DNA of 64,000 nucleotides from an uncultured delta proteobacterium (GTDB taxonomy: Bacteria; Desulfobacterota; Binatia; UBA9968). The DNA lies in assembly GCA_963727625.1 (NCBI GenBank), contig CAVSHR010000012.1, forward strand, positions 576,001-640,000, given 5' to 3'. The notes below the pieces were generated by a model. It worked only from the letters and a program-made list of their open reading frames with translations. It was not told the DNA's origin and did no database searches. Below, piece after piece: positions 58,966 to 64,000 of the stretch (its first letter is position 1; the number at the start of each line of letters is the position of its first letter). The position numbers and the translations under genes were made by a program.

Positions 58966-59862
58966 ATGAACCGCAAAAATGATTGGCCCGTGGGCATCAA
59001 TGGTTTCGTGGGAATCGTCAGCTGCGTAATCGGACTGGGCGTCATCTATTTTGGTTATGGAATCGGCACGGAGTCGCCCAAGAAGAATGCTGCCGCCGAG
59101 CCGGTCCCGGCGGCTCAGCCGGATCGCCGAAGACCCGTTCGCGCGATGAACTTGGCATTGGGAAATATGGTTTACTTTGCCCAAGATCTGGGTTTCCTGG
59201 TCAAGAACGCCAAAGGCGCTGCTGTGAACGTAACGAAGATAGCGGCGCGCATTGAAAGCCGGCTGCTGGGAATCAGGGAGTTGTACCGCCAGGAGATCGG
59301 CAAAAACCCAGCGCTCGCGGGAAGCCTCACTTTGTCCTTTAACGTCGGCCCAACCGGCGAAGTGAGCCAAGTTCGCGAAATCTCTTCACGCCTCAACGAC
59401 GGTGAATTCAAACGAGCGGTTGCCGCCGAGATGTCGAAATGGTCGTTCGCAGAAATCGTCGGGGAAAATTTGAAGGTCACTTGCCCGCTGCTATTCGTCC
59501 ATGAAGGCATGGACATCACAACGCTCGTGCACTGGGAAAAATCTCTCGGCAATCCGACCGATAAACCGGCGCTGGCCCGAAGCATCGATGGCGCGGGACA
59601 GGTGTCGGCCCCCGCCTTGGCTAAACCGATAACTGCGCCGCTCGCAAAGCCGGCGGGTAGAAAATTTCAGATCAAATACGCCACCTCACTGCGCAGGGAA
59701 CCAGATTTCTCGGCAGTTTCACTTGCCAGGTTCACCATCGGCACCAAGGTGACCGTGCTCGGCAAACAAGGCGACTGGCTGCAAGTTCGCTCCTCCGACA
59801 ACAACACCACGGGTTACATTCGCAAAGAATTCGTCATGCCCGCCGGCGTCGCCCGAAAGTAG
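58966..59862 (+). CDS. Membrane-anchored AgmX/PglI-C (TonB-C-like) plus SH3b domain protein
   Basis: N-terminal TM; IRELY..NPALAGSLTLSFNV..GEV; C-terminal LRREP..GTKVTVL..GDWLQV..GYI. Confidence 0.75.
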   Translation: MNRKNDWPVGINGFVGIVSCVIGLGVIYFGYGIGTESPKKNAAAEPVPAAQPDRRRPVRAMNLALGNMVYFAQDLGFLVKNAKGAAVNVTKIAARIESRLLGIRELYRQEIGKNPALAGSLTLSFNVGPTGEVSQVREISSRLNDGEFKRAVAAEMSKWSFAEIVGENLKVTCPLLFVHEGMDITTLVHWEKSLGNPTDKPALARSIDGAGQVSAPALAKPITAPLAKPAGRKFQIKYATSLRREPDFSAVSLARFTIGTKVTVLGKQGDWLQVRSSDNNTTGYIRKEFVMPAGVARK

Positions 59863-60039
59863 CATCTTCTCGACGCAATATATTCTTCTTCTCATCACGC
59901 ACCGCTTCCCGCACGGCACCACCGGAGCCGGCTGCGCAAGCGTTAACTTTTCCCCGGCCGACCCGCCTAACCGCGTCGTTTGTGGCGGCTGCGTCTGACC
60001 GATACAATGAGGCGACTCGCAGAGCGGTCGCAATCGTCC

Positions 60040-61017
60040 ATGCCGCATTTCATAAACCGCCGTCCGTGGGCAGTTCTCGAACGCGAAACCACGCCCGAAT
60101 CGATCTTTCTCGAGCGCCGCCGTTTGCTCAAAGCCGCCGGGTTCGTCGGATTGGGATTGGCTGGAATGTTGCCAGCAGGCTGTGGTCCGGCGAAAGATGC
60201 CGCGCTCATCGGTGCCCAGGAAAATCCTGCCGCGCCGGAGTTCTACCCCGCGCCGCGTAATTCCCGCTTTGGGTTAGATCGCCCGCTGACCGAGGAAGCC
60301 TACGCCGCGTCTTATAACAATTTCTACGAGTTCAGCACGCTCAAGGGCAGCGTCTACAAAAAGGCTGCGCGTCTCCGCACCTCACCCTGGCAAGTCGAAG
60401 TCGGCGGTCTGGTCGAAAAAACGCGGCTCTTCGATATCGACGAATTGGTCCGCGCGATGTCCCTCGAAGAACGGCTTTACCGTTTTCGTTGCGTCGAAGC
60501 CTGGGCGATGGCCGTGCCCTGGACCGGTTTTACCATGGTCGAATTGATTAAATTCGTCCGGCCGCTGGCGTCGGCCAAGTACGTCCGCTTCGTGACGTTT
60601 ATGAAGCCGGAGGAGGCGCCAAACCAGAGTCCGTCTTATGGTCCCTGGCCCTACACGGAAGGGCTGACGATGGCGGAAGCGAGGAATGAATTGACCCTGC
60701 TTGCGACCGGCATTTACGGTCATCCCCTGCCTAAACAGCATGGCGCGCCGCTGCGCTTGGTGACGCCGTGGAAATACGGTTTCAAAAGCATCAAGTCCAT
60801 CGTCAAGATCGAATTTACCGCGGCGCAGCCGCGCACGTTCTGGAACAGCAACCGGCCCCGAGAATATGGTTTTATCGCCAACGTCGATCCCGCCACGCCG
60901 CACCCGCGCTGGTCTCAAGCAACGGAAAGATTGATCGACACCGGCGAGCGCCGGGCCACCCTGCCTTTTAATGGCTACGGCGAATGGGTTGCGAGGCTCT
61001 ACAAAAAAGGCGGCTAG
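60040..61017 (+). CDS. msrP: Protein-methionine-sulfoxide reductase catalytic subunit
   Basis: RRRLLK Tat motif, YNNFYEF, RFRCVEAW, GAPLRLVTPWKYGFKSIKSI and HPRWSQATER. Confidence 0.95.
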   Translation: MPHFINRRPWAVLERETTPESIFLERRRLLKAAGFVGLGLAGMLPAGCGPAKDAALIGAQENPAAPEFYPAPRNSRFGLDRPLTEEAYAASYNNFYEFSTLKGSVYKKAARLRTSPWQVEVGGLVEKTRLFDIDELVRAMSLEERLYRFRCVEAWAMAVPWTGFTMVELIKFVRPLASAKYVRFVTFMKPEEAPNQSPSYGPWPYTEGLTMAEARNELTLLATGIYGHPLPKQHGAPLRLVTPWKYGFKSIKSIVKIEFTAAQPRTFWNSNRPREYGFIANVDPATPHPRWSQATERLIDTGERRATLPFNGYGEWVARLYKKGG

Positions 61018-61108
61018 GGTCTCGCGTTTTGAGTCTCAGATTTAACCCTAGATCCTGGACACTTGGACCCTAGACGAAGACCGCATGCAATCGTGCCTCG
61101 GATCTTTT

Positions 61109-62218
61109 TCAAATCAGCTGCTTCAGTGCCTTGGAAAGAATTTCGACGCTTTGGACGCGCGCGCCGTGGCCCATCAGGCCGACGCGCCAGATTTTCCCTT
61201 TAAGCGGCCCCAGGCCGGCGCCGATTTCAATATTGAAGTCATCGTAGAGGCGCCGGCGCACCTTGGCGTCATCAACGCCGTCGGGGATTTTCACCGCGTT
61301 GATCATCGGCGCGCGGATCGCTTCGGCAACCGCCGGCTCGAGCTCGAGCTTATGCATTTCGCGCACGAAGGTCTCGTGCACCTGGCGGTGGCGCTGCCAA
61401 GCTTTCTCCAAGCCTTCTTCAAGCACGATGCGCAGCGCTTCGTGCAAAGCGTAGTTCATCGAGATCGGCGCGGTGTGGTGATAGACCCGCTCGCTGCTCC
61501 AGTATTTTTCGATCATCGACAAGTCAAGATACCAACTCCGCACTTTCGTCTTTCGCCGGCGCACGACTTCGACCGCGCGGTCGCTGAAAGTCACCGGCGA
61601 CAAGCCCGGCGGGCAGCCCAAACATTTCTGTGTGCCGCTGTAACAGGCGTCGATCCCCAGCTCGTCGACTCGGACCGGCGCGCCGCCCAGCGAAGTCACC
61701 GCATCGACCAGAAGCAAAGCGCCGCTTTCGCGCACAACCTTGGCGATTTCATCGAGCGGTTGGAGCACGCCCGTCGAAGTTTCGGCATGAACGATGGCGG
61801 CGGCCTTGTACTTTTTCTTGGCCAAAGCGGCTTTGAATTGTTGCGCGTCGAGCGCCGTGCCCCACTCCGCTTCCACGGTATCGGCCACCGCGCCGCAGCG
61901 CTGCGCCACATCGACCATGCGCGTGCCAAAGACGCCGTTGACGCCGATCAATACACTGTCGCCGGGCTCGAGCAAATTGACGAAACAGGTCTCCATGCCG
62001 GCGCTGCCGGTGCCGGACATCGGCAGCGCCAAACGATTTCTGGTCTGAAACACCTCACGCAGCATGGCCATGCTCTGATCCATGATTTCCAAAAACTTCG
62101 GATCGAGATGCCCAACCACGGGCAGGGAAAGCGCTTCGAGCACGCGCGGATTGACCGGGCTGGGTCCCGGTCCGAGCAACGTGCGAATCGGCGGATTGGC
62201 TTTGGGTGCTGCTGACAT
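61109..62218 (-). CDS. Alanine-glyoxylate aminotransferase family (class V PLP)
   Basis: [31 protein letters not shown] and SGTQKCL motifs. Confidence 0.93.
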   Translation of the reverse strand: MSAAPKANPPIRTLLGPGPSPVNPRVLEALSLPVVGHLDPKFLEIMDQSMAMLREVFQTRNRLALPMSGTGSAGMETCFVNLLEPGDSVLIGVNGVFGTRMVDVAQRCGAVADTVEAEWGTALDAQQFKAALAKKKYKAAAIVHAETSTGVLQPLDEIAKVVRESGALLLVDAVTSLGGAPVRVDELGIDACYSGTQKCLGCPPGLSPVTFSDRAVEVVRRRKTKVRSWYLDLSMIEKYWSSERVYHHTAPISMNYALHEALRIVLEEGLEKAWQRHRQVHETFVREMHKLELEPAVAEAIRAPMINAVKIPDGVDDAKVRRRLYDDFNIEIGAGLGPLKGKIWRVGLMGHGARVQSVEILSKALKQLI

Positions 62219-62245
62219 AACGATTCCTCGCAAAAAATTTACATT

Positions 62246-63133
62246 CTATCTCTCGGCCTTGACGTGCAGCTCCATGCTGCCGATCTTTTCAATCGTGCCA
62301 TGCAGATGATCGCCGTCGTTGAGCTTGCTCACCCCCGCCGGCGTGCCGGTGGTGATCAGGTCGCCCGGGCGCAACGTCAGACAGCTCGACAGGAAGCGGA
62401 TATGCTCGCGCAACCCACAGATCATGTCGCTCGTATGCGCGACCATGGCCTCCTTGCCGTTCTGCAATACCTTGATCGAAAGATTCTGCGGCTCGTCGAT
62501 TTCATCGCGCGTCACGATCCACGGCCCCAGCGCGCTGAAAGTGTCGAAGCCTTTGCGAATATTGCGCGTGTTATGCATGCCCTTGCCCCAGGGATCGCGC
62601 TGGCTGATGTCCCAGCAGATCGTGTAACCGAACACATGGTCGAGGGATTGCGCTTCGCTGACTTTGCGCGCGCGCTTGCCGATGACGGCGCACAGCTCGC
62701 ACTCGAAATCCACCAGCTTGGAAATCTTCGGCAAGACAATCGTGTCGCCCGGACCGATGATCGACGACGTGGTCTTGAGGAAAAATTCCGCCATCAAGTC
62801 GTCTTTGTTCTTAATTTCCTTGTTGGCGCTGCCCATGCGGTCGACCATTTCCGCCCGGTGAGCGTAATAATTGGCCGCCGCCGCCCACAACGAGCCCGGA
62901 TTGGTGATCGGCGCCAGGAGCTTCACCGAAAGTAAATCCTCGCCGCCCGAGCTGTTCGCCGCGTCCCGGGCGATTTGCATCGCCGCCGGATTGTTCGCCA
63001 GCGCGTCGATGATTTCCAGCATGGTATAACCCTGGCGCGCCAGACCGGCCTTGATCATGCTGTCGCCGATATTGACAACCTTATTGCCAACCACGACGCC
63101 CGCTTGATTATTGTTATAATGACAAACCTTCAT
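62246..63133 (-). CDS. Fumarylacetoacetate hydrolase family protein
   Basis: ANY..H, FLK, DFECEL, DISQRD, KGFDTF and PGDLITTGTP motifs. Confidence 0.92.
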   Translation of the reverse strand: MKVCHYNNNQAGVVVGNKVVNIGDSMIKAGLARQGYTMLEIIDALANNPAAMQIARDAANSSGGEDLLSVKLLAPITNPGSLWAAAANYYAHRAEMVDRMGSANKEIKNKDDLMAEFFLKTTSSIIGPGDTIVLPKISKLVDFECELCAVIGKRARKVSEAQSLDHVFGYTICWDISQRDPWGKGMHNTRNIRKGFDTFSALGPWIVTRDEIDEPQNLSIKVLQNGKEAMVAHTSDMICGLREHIRFLSSCLTLRPGDLITTGTPAGVSKLNDGDHLHGTIEKIGSMELHVKAER

Positions 63134-63393
63134 CGAGAACCTCCAAAATACCGAGATGGCGGACTTTTTTCTAATACCCGATGGCTCGGCCGATGTCCAA
63201 CGCATCGTTGATGCCGTGATTTGCCAAGCAATCAGCGCGGCAAAACCGTCAACTTTCAGAAATCGATCATCGATGAATTTCCGCTGACAGGCACAAGGCT
63301 TGTAGTCTATTGATCCTCACGTTCAATTTAAATCATCGAGCGGTGTCGCAATCGGAGAAATAACGAATTTCAGCCGTTGAGAAGGTTACATCC

Positions 63394-64000
63394 ATGGAAC
63401 TAAGCAAAACCATGCAAACAGTTATGGATATCGGGATCGTCGTCGGTTTCAGGGTCGTCGGCGCGATTGTCTTTTATTTGGTGGGCCGGTGGCTTATCAG
63501 CTTCGCCATTCGCCTGGTCTCGGCCGCACTGGAAAAGCAAAAAGTCGATCCCACCCTCCTGCGTTATATCGGCACGGTGATCTCGGTCACTCTGAATATC
63601 ATCTTGGTCGTCGCGATACTCGGCTATTTTGGCGTCGAGACAACCAGTTTTGCCGCGATCTTGGTGGCCGCCGGCGTCGCCATCGGAATGGCCTGGAGCG
63701 GGCTCTTGGCCAATTTCGCCGCCGGTGCGTTCATGATCGTTCTCCGGCCGTTTAAAGTCGGCGACTTTGTGACCGCAGGGGGAACAACGGGAACGGTTAA
63801 GGAAATCGGATTGTTCGTCACGGCGATCGTCACCCTGGAGAACGTTGTGACGTTGGTCGGAAACAACAAGATCTTTTCCGACGTCATTCAAAACTTTTCG
63901 GCCAATCCGTACCGCCGCGTTGATCTTAAAGCGCAGCTGTCGCACTCCGTGGACCATAACGATGCGATCCGTAGATTAAAAGAACAGCTGAGTAATATTC
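63394..64000 (+). CDS. mscS: Small-conductance mechanosensitive channel (partial, runs off the window; absent from the ORF track)
   Basis: Hand translation from ATG 63394: ...GVETTSFAAILVAAGVAIGMAWSGLLANFAAG..LRPFKVGD..GTVKEIGLFVT..N..RRVDL. Confidence 0.9.
   Translation, partial: MELSKTMQTVMDIGIVVGFRVVGAIVFYLVGRWLISFAIRLVSAALEKQKVDPTLLRYIGTVISVTLNIILVVAILGYFGVETTSFAAILVAAGVAIGMAWSGLLANFAAGAFMIVLRPFKVGDFVTAGGTTGTVKEIGLFVTAIVTLENVVTLVGNNKIFSDVIQNFSANPYRRVDLKAQLSHSVDHNDAIRRLKEQLSNI

Noticed and set aside
61085-62215. 376-aa plus-strand ORF
   Set aside because: Antisense shadow of the aminotransferase.

Overview
This is a 64 kb, moderately high-GC bacterial window. Its gene-family profile (many amidohydrolases, LLM oxidoreductases, NMT1/TTT/TAXI binding proteins) suggests Candidatus Binatia or a related deltaproteobacterial lineage, which is an inference only. 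Most of it is transport and catabolism: a TTT operon, an SSS symporter, a dsrE2-rhodanese/PDO-tusA sulfur relay with a second tusA copy, a TAXI-TRAP pair, DegP/Q, tandem MFS genes, a long minus-strand catabolic/ABC run, msrP, an aminotransferase, an FAH-family gene and mscS. The standout feature is at 31240-40837. The two ORFs the track splits at 31860/31873 are one reading frame interrupted by an in-frame TGA at the position of a conserved ArsM Cys. The radical SAM half ends in a second TGA at the last Cys position of a Cys-rich tail. Both TGAs are followed by SECIS-like hairpins with GU in the apical loop. This points to an unannotated two-selenocysteine ArsM-like methyltransferase/radical SAM fusion (550 aa). 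It heads an 8-gene operon (rSAM-SPASM, DUF2064, DoxX, GT87, two GT2, PQQ-type beta-propeller) resembling, but distinct from, arsenosugar/selenodomain clusters. Also seen: several decayed genes, diverged direct repeats suggesting serial insertion downstream of tusA, strand-biased GTTCAA intergenic repeats and a possible degenerate c-di-GMP-I riboswitch. No rRNA, tRNA, CRISPR array, integrase or transposase was recognised.
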